In this document: positions 52,346-62,984 of the stretch, in pieces | How the letters are laid out: every line of letters begins with the position of its first letter | Numbering within the stretch: position 1 is the first letter of the stretch | Origin: an uncultured Verrucomicrobiae bacterium | GTDB lineage: Bacteria > Verrucomicrobiota > Verrucomicrobiia > Palsa-1439 | Reading direction: 5' to 3' | Length of the DNA: 64,000 nt | NCBI GenBank assembly: GCA_963812605.1 | Contig: CAWEWF010000001.1 | Coordinates: 64,001-128,000 of the forward strand | Notes under the pieces: generated by a model | Seen by the model: only the letters and a program-made list of their open reading frames with translations | Told to the model about the DNA's origin: nothing | Database searches by the model: none | Translations under genes and position numbers: made by a program

Positions 52346-52872
52346 CGCTCGATCACCACCTCGTCTTTGCCGTCGATCTCCGTCAGTCGCACACGCACGC
52401 GTTCACCGGGCGCCGTCGGCACATTCTTGCCCACGTAATCGGGCCGAATCGGCAGTTCGCGGTGACCGCGGTCGATCAGGCTGGCCAGTTGGATCCGTTG
52501 CGGCCTTCCAAAATCGCTGATCTCGTCCATTGCCGCGCGGATCGTGCGACCCGTAAACAGCACATCATCCACCAGTACGACCGCCCGATTGGTGACATCG
52601 AAAGTAATATTGGAAGGCCCCACCTGCGGCGGCGCATTCCGCAACGCCAGATCGTCACGGTGCATCGAGATGTCCAGTTCACCCACGGGAAACTCGCGCT
52701 TGAGGATCGCCCCGACCCTGGCCGCCAATCGTTGCGCCAGGGGCGCGCCATGGGTATGTATGCCAATGAACACCAACGCATCGGGCTCGGGGTTGTGCTC
52801 GACAATCTCGTGGGCCATGCGCGTCAGCGCCCGCTCCAGCGCCGCTCCGTCCATGAGAATTGTCGTGCTCAT
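52342..52872 (-). CDS. pyrR: Bifunctional pyr operon regulator / uracil phosphoribosyltransferase
   Basis: [52 protein letters not shown]. Confidence 0.96.
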   Translation of the reverse strand: MSTTILMDGAALERALTRMAHEIVEHNPEPDALVFIGIHTHGAPLAQRLAARVGAILKREFPVGELDISMHRDDLALRNAPPQVGPSNITFDVTNRAVVLVDDVLFTGRTIRAAMDEISDFGRPQRIQLASLIDRGHRELPIRPDYVGKNVPTAPGERVRVRLTEIDGKDEVVIER

Positions 52873-52940
52873 GACGCAAAAAAAACCGTCCGCCCGGGTT
52901 GGGCAAACGGTCTCGTTAAAATGCCTGTGTCTTTCATCAT
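52869..52940 (-). CDS. Putative pyr leader peptide (22-23 aa)
   Basis: AAGGAG SD then ATG ATG: [23 protein letters not shown]; its TGA overlaps the pyrR ATG. Confidence 0.6.
   Translation of the reverse strand: MMKDTGILTRPFAQPGRTVFFAS
52878..52911 (-). terminator. Intrinsic terminator (attenuator) just before pyrR
   Basis: ACCGTTTGCCC-aaccc-GGGCGGACGGT running into an 8-T tract that ends 5 nt before the pyrR ATG. Confidence 0.85.
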
Positions 52941-52944
52941 CGCT

Positions 52945-52974
52945 CCTTGCTGGCCTCTCGGACCAACTTAAAGG
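52945..52974 (-). ncRNA. PyrR-binding RNA stem-loop
   Basis: CCTTTAAGTTGGTCCGAGAGGCCAGCAAGG: CUUUAA internal motif plus GUCC-GAGAGGC loop, as in PyrR binding sites. Confidence 0.85.
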
Positions 52975-52996
52975 CGCCTTGTACAATTCCGCAGAA

Positions 52997-53197
52997 CTAC
53001 GAGCGCGAGTCTTTCCGTGACCTGCGCCAGTTGGACCGGTGTTTCACGATCCAATCCAGCAGCGCGCGCTCAAAACCGATGTCATGCCCCGCTTTTTCGC
53101 TCTCAATCCACTTGTGCCGCAAAATCTCCTCGCGCTCAGCCAAAAACTCCCGGTACAACGCCGAGTTCATCACCATATCTTTCGAGTCGCCGCTCAT
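52997..53197 (-). CDS. Small conserved DUF4032-like protein
   Basis: SALYREFLAEREEILRHKWIESEKAGHDIGFERALLDW. Confidence 0.8.
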   Translation of the reverse strand: MSGDSKDMVMNSALYREFLAEREEILRHKWIESEKAGHDIGFERALLDWIVKHRSNWRRSRKDSRS

Positions 53198-53311
53198 TTC
53201 GTGCCTGTCACTCACGGCATAACTCTCCGGCCTCATCATCATGGGGAAGCATACCTTATACCACTGGCTTGGGGCCAAGTTGTAACATACGGCCCTGTGA
53301 AATGCAACGCT

Positions 53312-54307
53312 TCAGTTACGTCCACGGCGATTAGCCTGAATGCCTTCCGCGCGCTGAAACTCGATGGTCATCCTCAAGATCTCATCGAGCGATTTTGTTG
53401 GCCGCCAGCCCATCAACTGGTAGATCTTGTCGATGCTTGGCACCCGCCGCCGCATGTCCTCGAAGCCCTTGGCATAGGCCTGGTCGTAAGGGATTAAGCG
53501 CAAATCGGATCGGCTCTCGGTCAGTTCCTTGACCCGCCGCGCCAGATCGAGGATCGAAACCTCCTCCGTGCTGCCGATGTTGTAGACCTGTCCGACGGCC
53601 CGAGGTTGTTTTGGCAACGCGGCTAACGCCCGCACAACGTCGGTTACATGGCAAAAGCAACGCGATTGTTTGCCGTCCCCGTGGATCGCGAACGGTTCAT
53701 CCCGGAGCGCGGCCTGCACAAATCGCGGCAGCACCATGCCATACCGGCCTGTCTGGCGCGGCCCGACGGTGTTAAAGAGCCTCACCACGAACACCGGCAT
53801 CTTCTTCTCGCGCCAATACGCCAGTGCCAGGAATTCGTCCAGTAATTTTGAGCAAGCGTAACTCCATCGCCCAAATGTCGGCGGGCCGATCAAGAGATCG
53901 TCATCTTCCCGAAAGCTTTCATGTTCGCTCTTTCCGTAAACCTCTGACGTGGAAGTCAGTAGCAACCCGGTTTTGCGCTTTGCGGCGGTGGCCAGGATGT
54001 TCTCGGTGCCGCGAATGTTGTTCTCGATGGTGAATACCGGACTGCGCACGACCAGTTCCACGCCCACCGCCGCCGCCAGGTGATAAATGAAGTCTACCTG
54101 GTCAACAAGGGGTTCAAGATCGGCGCTATTGAGAATGGAGCCTTGCGTGAAGTGAAAATTCGGATTGCCCCGCAGATGGGCGATGTTCGTGAGCGATCCC
54201 GTGCTCAAATCGTCGATGACGAAAACCTCCTTGCCTTCCGTCACCAAAGACTCCGCCAGGTGCGAACCGATAAAGCCAGCTCCGCCGGTGATTAACACAC
54301 GCTGCAC
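53312..54307 (-). CDS. NAD-dependent nucleotide-sugar epimerase/dehydratase
   Basis: ITGGAGFIGSH, STSEVYG, YACSK, RLFNTVGPRQ. Confidence 0.93.
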   Translation of the reverse strand: MQRVLITGGAGFIGSHLAESLVTEGKEVFVIDDLSTGSLTNIAHLRGNPNFHFTQGSILNSADLEPLVDQVDFIYHLAAAVGVELVVRSPVFTIENNIRGTENILATAAKRKTGLLLTSTSEVYGKSEHESFREDDDLLIGPPTFGRWSYACSKLLDEFLALAYWREKKMPVFVVRLFNTVGPRQTGRYGMVLPRFVQAALRDEPFAIHGDGKQSRCFCHVTDVVRALAALPKQPRAVGQVYNIGSTEEVSILDLARRVKELTESRSDLRLIPYDQAYAKGFEDMRRRVPSIDKIYQLMGWRPTKSLDEILRMTIEFQRAEGIQANRRGRN

Positions 54308-54332
54308 GATGTGCTAAGGTATCCATTCTTGG

Positions 54333-55043
54333 ATGAAAAATCCACAGAAACATGCCTTGGTGATGCAGCACCACGTCTGCGAGGGTCTCGGTACCATCGC
54401 CGACGCCTTGGAACAGGCGCGCGTCATCCCACGTTTCATCCGTTCATTTAAAGGCGAGCCGATACCCAAAGAAATGGGGGACGCGGCCGGCCTCATCGTC
54501 ATGGGTGGACCGCAAAGCACATATGAACAGGCGAAGTTTCCCTATCTCCGTCAGGAGATCCGACTGATTGAAGATGCATTGGAGCACGCAAAACCCGTTC
54601 TTGGGGTCTGTCTCGGCAGCCAACTTCTCGCCGTGACACTCGGCGCAAAGGTCTATCCGGGAAGACATAAGGAAATCGGATGGAACAGAGTTACCCTTAC
54701 TGACTTTGCGGCCACCGACCTGTTGTTCGCAGGCGTCCCAAAATCATTCATCGGCTTCCACTGGCATGGCGACATCTTCGATCTTCCGCGTGGCAGTACT
54801 CCGCTGGCATCCTCCGCCCTCACCGCCAATCAAGCCTTCCGCCACGGCAATAACGCCTACGGCCTGCTCTTCCACATGGAAGTCACCCGGCCCCAGATCC
54901 ACACCATGGTAGACACCTTCGGCGACGAACTCCGACGCGCCGGCCTAAACGGTTCCGCCATCAAACTGAATGCCAACACTCATCTGCAACAACTCCAGAA
55001 GATCGGCCAGGAAGTTTTCTCGCGGTGGGCGGCTGCGCTCTAG
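54333..55043 (+). CDS. Class I glutamine amidotransferase-like protein
   Basis: VMGGP, LGVCLGSQ (Cys), WHGD, FHME (His-Glu). Confidence 0.9.
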   Translation: MKNPQKHALVMQHHVCEGLGTIADALEQARVIPRFIRSFKGEPIPKEMGDAAGLIVMGGPQSTYEQAKFPYLRQEIRLIEDALEHAKPVLGVCLGSQLLAVTLGAKVYPGRHKEIGWNRVTLTDFAATDLLFAGVPKSFIGFHWHGDIFDLPRGSTPLASSALTANQAFRHGNNAYGLLFHMEVTRPQIHTMVDTFGDELRRAGLNGSAIKLNANTHLQQLQKIGQEVFSRWAAAL

Positions 55044-55048
55044 TCTTC

Positions 55049-55810
55049 TTACCGGCTCTTCGGCACCTCGCGTCCGAGCTTCTGCAGGACGGATTTCATA
55101 TCCTCCCAGACTTCTTTCTTCGCAGGTGGGTTCCTCAAGAGGTAGGCGGGATGGAACGTCGGCATAATGGGGATGCCGCGGAAGGTGTACCAGTGGCCGC
55201 GCATCTTCGTGATGCCAAGATGTACATCCAACAAGGCGCGCACGGCGGTGGCGCCAAGGGCCACAATCACTTTTGGCTGGATGAATTCGATTTGTGACAG
55301 CAGGTACGGCAGGCAATTCGTCACTTCCTCGGGCAGTGGCGTGCGGTTCTGCGGCGGGCGACATTTCAGCACGTTGGCAATGTAAACTTCTTCGCGCTTG
55401 CAACCCATCGCGACGATGATCTTGGTGAGCAAATCGCCCGCCCGGCCCACGAACGGTATCCCTTGCAAATCTTCGTCATGTCCCGGCGCTTCCCCGACGA
55501 ACATGATTTCCGCGCGCGGACTGCCCACGCCAAAGACGACGCTGTTGCGGCAACGCGCCAACTCGCCGCACTTCACGCAGACCTTCGCGCGCGCTTCGAC
55601 GGCGGCCAGTTCGGTCGTGGGGTCGGCAGATATAGCCGCCGCTGTCCCCAGCGGCGAACTCGGGCCCGCCGCCGAGGCGTCGGCTGCTACAAAAGGCTTG
55701 CCCAATTCTTCAATCGTCCTGTTGGACACTTCAACATGCGTCACGCCGGAGCGCTTCAGGTCTTCCAGCACCTGGATGGTTCCGTCGATGATGTCGTTTA
55801 TCTCTCGCAC
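55049..55810 (-). CDS. udg: Uracil-DNA glycosylase, family 4 (4Fe-4S)
   Basis: [34 protein letters not shown]. Confidence 0.93.
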   Translation of the reverse strand: MREINDIIDGTIQVLEDLKRSGVTHVEVSNRTIEELGKPFVAADASAAGPSSPLGTAAAISADPTTELAAVEARAKVCVKCGELARCRNSVVFGVGSPRAEIMFVGEAPGHDEDLQGIPFVGRAGDLLTKIIVAMGCKREEVYIANVLKCRPPQNRTPLPEEVTNCLPYLLSQIEFIQPKVIVALGATAVRALLDVHLGITKMRGHWYTFRGIPIMPTFHPAYLLRNPPAKKEVWEDMKSVLQKLGREVPKSR

Positions 55811-56700
55811 ACCTTCACCATATCCTCCGGCACCGGCGCGGTGAACTCCACAAACTTTTGCGACCGCGGGTGCCTGAAGCCGAGTTTATAGGCGTGCAAC
55901 AACGGGCGGGCAACCGAAATATTCGTCGGGCGGGCGCGCCCGTACGTCGTATCGCCGAGAACGGGATGACCGATGTGCGCCATGTGGACGCGAATCTGGT
56001 GGGTGCGGCCAGTATGAATGTGCAGTTCCACCAGCGCAAAGTCGGCGAACTGCTTTAGCACACGGTAATCCGTCACCGCAGGCCGTCCTCGCGACGCGCT
56101 CGCCGACATTTTCTTGCGGTCGCGCTCGCTGCGGCCAATAACGGTTTCAATTCGGCCGCTCGGACGCGCGAATTTTCCCCAGCAAACCGCCCGGTAGATT
56201 TTCTTCACCTCACGGGATTTGAACTGCGCCACGAGTCCCTTGTGCGCCAGGTCGGTTTTTGCGACCACAATGCACCCGCTCGTGCCCTTGTCGAGCCGGT
56301 GCACGATGCCGGGACGTTCCACGCCACCAATCCCCGCCAGCGCGCCGCGACAATGATGCAGCAAGGCGTTGACGAGTGTATGTTCGTAGTTGCCTGCGGC
56401 GGGATGCACCACCAGACCGGCAGGTTTGTTTACGACGATCAGGTCGTCGTCTTCGAAAAGAATCTCCAACGCAATTTCTTCCGGCAAAGTTTCCAACGGG
56501 CGCGGCGGCGGAATTTCGACACGCACCTTGTCACCCACGCGCACCTTGTAACTGGCCTTGGCCGCGCCGCCATTGACGACGATATGGCCCTGCTCGATCA
56601 ACTTCTGCAGAAAGGCGCGGGAATGCTCCGTGAGTTCCTGTCGCAGAAATTGGTCGAGGCGTTGCCCCGCCACCGTCTTTGAAACAACGTGTGCCGACAT
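55798..56700 (-). CDS. rluD: RluA/RluD-family pseudouridine synthase with S4 domain
   Basis: [39 protein letters not shown]. Confidence 0.9.
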   Translation of the reverse strand: MSAHVVSKTVAGQRLDQFLRQELTEHSRAFLQKLIEQGHIVVNGGAAKASYKVRVGDKVRVEIPPPRPLETLPEEIALEILFEDDDLIVVNKPAGLVVHPAAGNYEHTLVNALLHHCRGALAGIGGVERPGIVHRLDKGTSGCIVVAKTDLAHKGLVAQFKSREVKKIYRAVCWGKFARPSGRIETVIGRSERDRKKMSASASRGRPAVTDYRVLKQFADFALVELHIHTGRTHQIRVHMAHIGHPVLGDTTYGRARPTNISVARPLLHAYKLGFRHPRSQKFVEFTAPVPEDMVKVCER

Positions 56701-56717
56701 GTTCCCAATCAATAGTC

Positions 56718-57485
56718 TCACGCCGCGCGAAGTTTCACGGTTTTGGGCGTCAACGCCAGCGCGAGCGAAGCCACCACGATCATCGTGATCGCCACAATTT
56801 GCCCAATCGTCAAGACGCCGAAATAAAAGTTGTCGTAATCGCCCCGGAAAAATTCCACCAGCAAACGCAGCACCCCGTAGCTGAGCACGTACAGCCACCA
56901 CACCTGGCCGTCAAAGCGTTTGTGCCGGTAGAATAGGCTCAGTCCGCCGAAGATGGCCAGGTTGCCGAGCGCTTCGTAGATTTCCGTCGGATGCAGGGGG
57001 ACGCCTGCCATCACGTGCGGCGGCGGAAACGTCACGGCCCACGGCAGCGCGCACGGCCTCCCGTAACAGCAACCGTTAAAAAAGCAACCCATCCGACCGA
57101 AGGCGTGCCCCAGCGCAATCGATGGCGCGAAAATGTCCGCCAACTTCGCCAACGGCAACCCTTTCCGCCGCGTGTACATGACCGCGGCGAAGGTCGCGAA
57201 AATAAAGCCGCCGTAAAACACAAACCCTTCCCGTAGCGAGCGGATTCCGTCCGCGCGCCATCCCGCGATAAAATCGTCCCAGAAAAAAACGATATGAAAC
57301 AGTTTCCCGCCCAACATCCCCGCGATAATCAACCACACGCCAAGATCGCTGATCTGCTCGGCCGGTATTCCCTCACTACGCGCGCGCCGGCCCGCCACGG
57401 CCAACCCAATAATGAACCCGATCGCCACGAGCACGCCGTAGGTATGGATATCGAGCCGGCCGAGACGGATGAAGATGGGATGCAC
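56718..57485 (-). CDS. lgt: Prolipoprotein diacylglyceryl transferase
   Basis: IHTYG, FYGG, GRMGCFFNGCCYG, HPTEIYE, EFFRGD. Confidence 0.95.
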   Translation of the reverse strand: MHPIFIRLGRLDIHTYGVLVAIGFIIGLAVAGRRARSEGIPAEQISDLGVWLIIAGMLGGKLFHIVFFWDDFIAGWRADGIRSLREGFVFYGGFIFATFAAVMYTRRKGLPLAKLADIFAPSIALGHAFGRMGCFFNGCCYGRPCALPWAVTFPPPHVMAGVPLHPTEIYEALGNLAIFGGLSLFYRHKRFDGQVWWLYVLSYGVLRLLVEFFRGDYDNFYFGVLTIGQIVAITMIVVASLALALTPKTVKLRAA

Positions 57486-57494
57486 GGGACCTTC

Positions 57495-59024
57495 CTAGTA
57501 CTTCTCATCGAGCACGATATTATTTTTGTCGAGGATCGTGCCCTCCGCCAGGTCCAGGGCGACAATGGATTCATTATAATCAGCCTCGGCGCGGATTTCA
57601 GCGGAACGCGTGGTGGCCAGTTGCGATTGCGCCTGCAAGACCAAAAACGTTGTCGAGGTGCCCGCCAGCAGTTTTTTCTTCTCGGCGTCGAGCGACTCCT
57701 GCGCCAGGCGCGTGGCGGCGCGCGCGGCCTCGACGCTCTTCAGGTTCGTCTCCACGTGGCCGACCGCGTTGTCCACCCCCACGACAATGTCCTGCTCCAG
57801 CGACTTCAAACTGAGCACCGCCTGGTCGGCATCCAGACGGGCGATGTGATAGTTGGCGCGCGCCACACGGTTGCCCAACGGCACCGTGAGTAGGACACCA
57901 ATGGCCCAGGTCGGGGTGTTGCCCCCGGCCGTTCTCTCGGCAAATGTGTCGAAATCGCCACCCCGCCCGTTGGCCGCATAACTGCCCTGCAGGTCAATCT
58001 CCGGCCAGAGCTGGTTGCGGTCGAATTGTACGGTGATGTTCTGTTTTTCCAGGGCATGCTTCAAGCTGAGGTAGTCAGCGCGTTTTTCCAATGCGGTGGC
58101 CGTGCTGAGATCCACATCCATGGCGACCATTTGCACCAGCGGATAATCCACGGGCACGAGCGACACGCCGCGAAATTCCACGACCCGCTGGCAGATCAGG
58201 CGCTTCAACGTGTTCTCGTTGTCCTTGATCGCGCGATCCGTGGTGATGACGGTCTGTTCGCTCTCCGCGACGCCAGCTTCGGCCTGGATCACGTCCAAGG
58301 GCGACATGGTGCCGACCTGTTCCCGCTTGCGATTCTCGTCGAGCAATTGCTGGGCGAGCGCGCGCGTTTCGAGGGCGGATTTGTGGTTCTCGATAGCGAA
58401 GATCAACTCATAGTAGGCGGTGCTCACGTCGTTGATCTTGCTCATCACGAGCTGGATAAAAGTCTGCAGGGCAACCGACTGGCTCTCACGCGCAATGCGG
58501 ATATTCGCCGAGTTGACCCCCAATCCAAAGTTTTTCAATACTGGTTGCGTCAAACTGACTCCCGCCGAGCCGGTGTATACGAAGTTGCTGGTCAAATCAC
58601 CAGATGTGCGCGTGCTGTTCCCGGACAGATCATAACTGGCTCCCGTGGGCAGCTTCCCTGCGAGGCCGACGCTGGAATTCAACTGCTGCTGCTTGAGCGA
58701 GGAAAGTCCGAGCGACTTCACCTGGGTGGGATCCAGTGGTGTGTCGGAGTCCTGATAATTGATCCCGCCCGAAAGCGCCGGATCGTACACGCCTTGGGCG
58801 CCGATTACACCCCAGGAACCGATCGAGGGGTTGATGCGCTCGGACTTGATCTCGAGGTTGTTTTCCAAGGCGCGGTCAATGCACTCCCGCAGCGTCAGCG
58901 ACTTGGTCTGGTTGGTGACGTCGCCATCGGCGCGGGCGGTGGACGCCGCCAGCAGCAGGGCCAGCATGGCGACGAAAGGTTTCCAGCGGGTAACGGCCAA
59001 CAGGGTGCGGATGGATTTATTCAT
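57495..59024 (-). CDS. TolC-family outer-membrane protein
   Basis: LTLRECIDRALENN, SLTQPVLK, GTSTTFLVLQAQ. Confidence 0.9.
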   Translation of the reverse strand: MNKSIRTLLAVTRWKPFVAMLALLLAASTARADGDVTNQTKSLTLRECIDRALENNLEIKSERINPSIGSWGVIGAQGVYDPALSGGINYQDSDTPLDPTQVKSLGLSSLKQQQLNSSVGLAGKLPTGASYDLSGNSTRTSGDLTSNFVYTGSAGVSLTQPVLKNFGLGVNSANIRIARESQSVALQTFIQLVMSKINDVSTAYYELIFAIENHKSALETRALAQQLLDENRKREQVGTMSPLDVIQAEAGVAESEQTVITTDRAIKDNENTLKRLICQRVVEFRGVSLVPVDYPLVQMVAMDVDLSTATALEKRADYLSLKHALEKQNITVQFDRNQLWPEIDLQGSYAANGRGGDFDTFAERTAGGNTPTWAIGVLLTVPLGNRVARANYHIARLDADQAVLSLKSLEQDIVVGVDNAVGHVETNLKSVEAARAATRLAQESLDAEKKKLLAGTSTTFLVLQAQSQLATTRSAEIRAEADYNESIVALDLAEGTILDKNNIVLDEKY

Positions 59025-60234
59025 AGCGTAACGCATCGATCGGATCGAGATTAGAGGCCTTCCGCGCCGGGTAAAAGCCGAAAAACACGCCGACCGCCGC
59101 GCTGAACAGAAACGCCACGGTAACCAACGTCACCGAGATCAGCGTGGGCCAGCCCGCTACCGCCGACAAGAACTTGGCCGCACCCACGCCCAGCAGAATT
59201 CCAATGATGCCCCCCAACGAACTGAGCGTGATGGCTTCAATGAGAAACTGCAGCAAAATATCTCGTCCGTGGGCGCCGACCGCCATGCGAATGCCGATCT
59301 CGCGCGTGCGCTCCGTGACGCTGACCAGCATGATATTCATGATGCCGATGCCGCCGACAACCAGGGATACGCAGGCAATGCTCGCCAACAACATCGTCAT
59401 CACGCGCGTCGTGGCGGTCGCGGCATCCGCGATTTCTTGCTGGCCGCGAATGGTGAAATCATCGTCCCGGCCCTGGCCAAGGCGGTGGCGTTGGCGAAGC
59501 AGGTCGGAAACACCGCGCTGGAGGCTGTCAGAAACGGCCGGCGAGGCCGCCTGGATGGTAATCATGCTCAAGTTGGTGCGCTTGGAAACCCGCTTCATCT
59601 CGCTGGTGTAGGGAACGATGATGACATCGTCCTGGTCCGTGTTCATGACCGAAAGTCCCTTGGGGGTCAGTACGCCGAGGATCTTGAACGGGATATCACG
59701 GATGCGCACGATTTGGCCAACCGGGTCCTCGTTCGGAAAAAGTTGGTTGACGATGGTTTTGCCAATGATGCACACCTTGGCCGTGCTGCGCACGTCCTGA
59801 TCCGTAAACATCGCCCCGTCGTCAAGCGCCCATTCACGGATATCCAGGTATTCAGGGCCTTCCCCGAGAATCTGGGTGTTCCAATTCAAGCCGTTCGCGA
59901 GGACCTGCTGGCGATCGCGAACTTCCGGGCTCACGCTAACCACCCCCGGCACCTCGCGGGCAATGGCGTTCGCGTCATCGACGGTCATCGTGCCCGCGCC
60001 ACCCCAGCCGCTCCGCGCGCCGCTGCTGGAAAAATTGCCCGAGAAAACCAGGATAACGTTTTGCCCGAGGCTGGCGATTTGCGCCTCGACCTGTGACTTC
60101 GCGCCGGTGCCGATCCCCACCATCGCAATCACCGCGCTGACGCCGATGATGATCCCCAGCGCCGTGAGCGTGGAGCGCAGTTTGTTGCGCCGCAGGGCGC
60201 GCAAGGCCAAACGAAACGTGGCGGCGATTCTCAT
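59017..60234 (-). CDS. MacB-like ABC permease
   Basis: RSTLTALGIIIG, GGIGIMNIMLVSVTERTREIGIRMAVGA, PARKASNLDPIDALRYE. Confidence 0.94.
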   Translation of the reverse strand: MRIAATFRLALRALRRNKLRSTLTALGIIIGVSAVIAMVGIGTGAKSQVEAQIASLGQNVILVFSGNFSSSGARSGWGGAGTMTVDDANAIAREVPGVVSVSPEVRDRQQVLANGLNWNTQILGEGPEYLDIREWALDDGAMFTDQDVRSTAKVCIIGKTIVNQLFPNEDPVGQIVRIRDIPFKILGVLTPKGLSVMNTDQDDVIIVPYTSEMKRVSKRTNLSMITIQAASPAVSDSLQRGVSDLLRQRHRLGQGRDDDFTIRGQQEIADAATATTRVMTMLLASIACVSLVVGGIGIMNIMLVSVTERTREIGIRMAVGAHGRDILLQFLIEAITLSSLGGIIGILLGVGAAKFLSAVAGWPTLISVTLVTVAFLFSAAVGVFFGFYPARKASNLDPIDALRYE

Positions 60235-60992
60235 GACGAAAGTTTAACGGCTTGCTGGGCCTCGTGCAGGTTGCGAAGTTCCACCTCGGCCAGCAACCGC
60301 TTTTGGACCACCACATCGTTGACCACCACCCCGTCGCGCATGATAATGTTACGCTTCGTGTAGGAAGCGATATCAAGTTCGTGGGTCACCATGACGATGG
60401 TGATGCCCTCGTTGTTGAGTTTCTGAAATACACCCATCACCTCCACACTGGTGCGGGTGTCGAGATTGCCCGTCGGCTCATCCGCCAGCAACACCGCGGG
60501 ACTATTCACCAGCGCGCGCGCGATGGCCACGCGTTGTTGTTGGCCGCCGGACAGTTGGTTCGGATAATGATCCGCCCGATCCGAAAGACCCACGATTTCC
60601 AGCGCATGCAAGGCGAGGTCGCGCTGCTGGGCGGAGGCGACATGGTCGTGCGTGTAGAGCATCGGCAGTTCGACGTTCTCCAGCGCGGAGGTGCGTGACA
60701 ACAGGTTGAAACCCTGGAAGACGAAACCCAGTTTCTTGTTGCGAATCGCGGCCAGTTCGTCGCGGTCCAGGTGCGAAACATCGACGCCGTCGAGAAAGTA
60801 ACGGCCTTCCGTGGGGCGGTCGAGACAGCCGATGACGTTCATCATCGTGGATTTACCCGAACCACTGGCACCCATGATGGCGACGAACTCGCCCGGCATG
60901 ATCTTCAGGGAGACGCCACGCACCGCATGCACATCCACCTCACCGGTGTGGTAGATTTTGTGGACGTCTTCGAGTTTGATGACTTCTGTCAC
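60231..60992 (-). CDS. MacB-type ABC ATP-binding protein
   Basis: [26 protein letters not shown]. Confidence 0.94.
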   Translation of the reverse strand: MTEVIKLEDVHKIYHTGEVDVHAVRGVSLKIMPGEFVAIMGASGSGKSTMMNVIGCLDRPTEGRYFLDGVDVSHLDRDELAAIRNKKLGFVFQGFNLLSRTSALENVELPMLYTHDHVASAQQRDLALHALEIVGLSDRADHYPNQLSGGQQQRVAIARALVNSPAVLLADEPTGNLDTRTSVEVMGVFQKLNNEGITIVMVTHELDIASYTKRNIIMRDGVVVNDVVVQKRLLAEVELRNLHEAQQAVKLSS

Positions 60993-61007
60993 GTGTGCCT
61001 CACTTCC

Positions 61008-62231
61008 TTAAAACCGCCGTGGCCCGCCGAACGGGCTGGCGGCCGCCCCGAAACCGCCCGACTGTTTGTAGATGGCGGATGTAATAACCTTGTTGCTTTC
61101 GCTCAAACCATCCGTCACCTCGGTATAGATCCCGTCACTAATGCCCAACTTGACCTGGACCGGTTCCAGTTTGTCGTCTTTGAGAGTGTAAACGGTGCGG
61201 GTTGGCCGGTGCTCCCCCTTGGGACGCGAGCCGGAAGCGCCACCGGCAGACGAGCCACCCCCACCCGGTCGTGGCGCTGCATTGGTGCTGGGTCCCGACT
61301 CCGGGGGATGAAAGCGCAGCGCCGAGTTGGGGACCCGCAAGACGCCGTCGTGTTCCGCGACAATAACTGAGACATTCGCGGTCATGCCGGGCTTGAGTTT
61401 CAAATCCGGATTATTCACCGCAATCACCGTGTCATACGTGACCACGTTTTGAACGGTGAGCGGCGAGTTGCGGACCTGGACGACTTCACCATGAAACGTG
61501 CGGTTCGGAAACGCGTCCACTGTAAAGTCCACATTCTGGTGTTCCTCGACGCCGCCAACATCGGCTTCGGCCACATTGGCGTCGATCTGCATTTTGGTGA
61601 GATCATTGGCGATGACGAACAACACCGGCGCGTTGAAGCTGGCCGCGACGGTCTGCCCCACGTCCACATTGCGCGAAATGACCATCCCGTCCACGGGAGA
61701 ATAAATCGTGCAGTACTGTAAATCCACCTGGGACTTCTCGACTGCGGCCTGCTTCATCTCAATGGTCGCCGCAGCCTGGTGCAGATTGGCCATCGCCTGA
61801 TCGTAGTCGGAATGCGGGATCAGTTTGCTTTCGTACAACTCCTGGGCGCGCACCGCATTGACCTTCGTGAGTTCCAGGGCGGCTTGCGAGTTGGCGAGGT
61901 CGCCCTGGGCCTGATGCAGGTTGGCCAGATACGTCGCTGGGTCGATCTGCGCAACCAACTGGCCATTGGTCACGGGTGAATTCCAGTCCGCATAGAGCTT
62001 GGCGATCGTTCCGGAAATCTGGCAGCCCACCTGCACATTGGTGACAGGATTGAGCTGACCCGTAGCGGTGACAAGTTGTGTCACATCGCCGCGCGCAACC
62101 GCAGCTGTCAGGTACTGCGGAGCGCTGTCGCGGCGGTATTTCACGTACCAAAGGCCAATGGCCGCCAACACGACCACGGCCCCGATGAGAACCACCCATT
62201 TCCAAGACCGCTTTTTCTTTGTGTTTGCCAT
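61008..62231 (-). CDS. MacA-like periplasmic adaptor
   Basis: VTATGQLNP...VQVGCQISG, VGQTVAASFNAP, QNVVTY, LKPGMTA; start MANTKKK at 62231. Confidence 0.92.
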   Translation of the reverse strand: MANTKKKRSWKWVVLIGAVVVLAAIGLWYVKYRRDSAPQYLTAAVARGDVTQLVTATGQLNPVTNVQVGCQISGTIAKLYADWNSPVTNGQLVAQIDPATYLANLHQAQGDLANSQAALELTKVNAVRAQELYESKLIPHSDYDQAMANLHQAAATIEMKQAAVEKSQVDLQYCTIYSPVDGMVISRNVDVGQTVAASFNAPVLFVIANDLTKMQIDANVAEADVGGVEEHQNVDFTVDAFPNRTFHGEVVQVRNSPLTVQNVVTYDTVIAVNNPDLKLKPGMTANVSVIVAEHDGVLRVPNSALRFHPPESGPSTNAAPRPGGGGSSAGGASGSRPKGEHRPTRTVYTLKDDKLEPVQVKLGISDGIYTEVTDGLSESNKVITSAIYKQSGGFGAAASPFGGPRRF

Positions 62232-62346
62232 CTCCAAATCCCAAATTCGTCCGTGTTCCTGCCGGTCCTTATTCTGCCAAAAGACGTAAATTATCGCCGC
62301 AAGGTTACAACAATCATCGCCATATGTCCCGCAAGGAAATCTTCGT

Positions 62347-62964
62347 TTACCTCGCGGCCGGGCTTCCTTCCACGGGCGTCTCGAACCGCACCGTTTCCAC
62401 ACCCGTGGCGTGAAGGAATTCCCAGATCGCTTTCTGGGCGTTCTGCTGCGCGTTGCTGAGAATGCCCGTCTCCACTGCGGCGGCTTGCACTGCCTCCAGC
62501 GCCGCGAGCCGCGCTTTCTGTTCCAGTTCCGGATTGAACGGCACCCACGGCGTCCACCACGTCTTCGAGCGGTCCCATACCCGCGTCTGTTTCTCGTCCA
62601 CGTACACGTGGAGGACTTTCGCCGCTGGAAGCCGGGCGGTGACCGTGTTGTTCGCGGTTACTTGTATGTCGTTTGTGCCCAAGGCGGCCAGATCGACACC
62701 GCCCAGCACGTCCGCCTGCACCATCAATAATACCTGCTCGGAGCCGAACGGCACCTTTTCTTCTTTCAAGCCGATGACCTTTTGGATGCTGTATTTCACC
62801 GTGACCAGTTCGTTCAACCGCTGGATTTCCCTCACCACCGCGGGTGGATCCAGCACACGGTGCACGACCGCCTCGCGACGTCCGAAGTAATACAGGTAAA
62901 CGCACGCGCCGCTGAGCACGAGGATGACCGTGCTGACCGTGTAGCACTTGATTTTCTTCCACAT
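62347..62964 (-). CDS. DUF4230-family membrane-anchored protein
   Basis: N-terminal TM; IQRLNELVTVKY, GGVDL, LPAAKVL, GILSNAQQNA. Confidence 0.8.
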   Translation of the reverse strand: MWKKIKCYTVSTVILVLSGACVYLYYFGRREAVVHRVLDPPAVVREIQRLNELVTVKYSIQKVIGLKEEKVPFGSEQVLLMVQADVLGGVDLAALGTNDIQVTANNTVTARLPAAKVLHVYVDEKQTRVWDRSKTWWTPWVPFNPELEQKARLAALEAVQAAAVETGILSNAQQNAQKAIWEFLHATGVETVRFETPVEGSPAAR

Positions 62965-62984
62965 GGGTGTTGGGCGCCTTGCGC

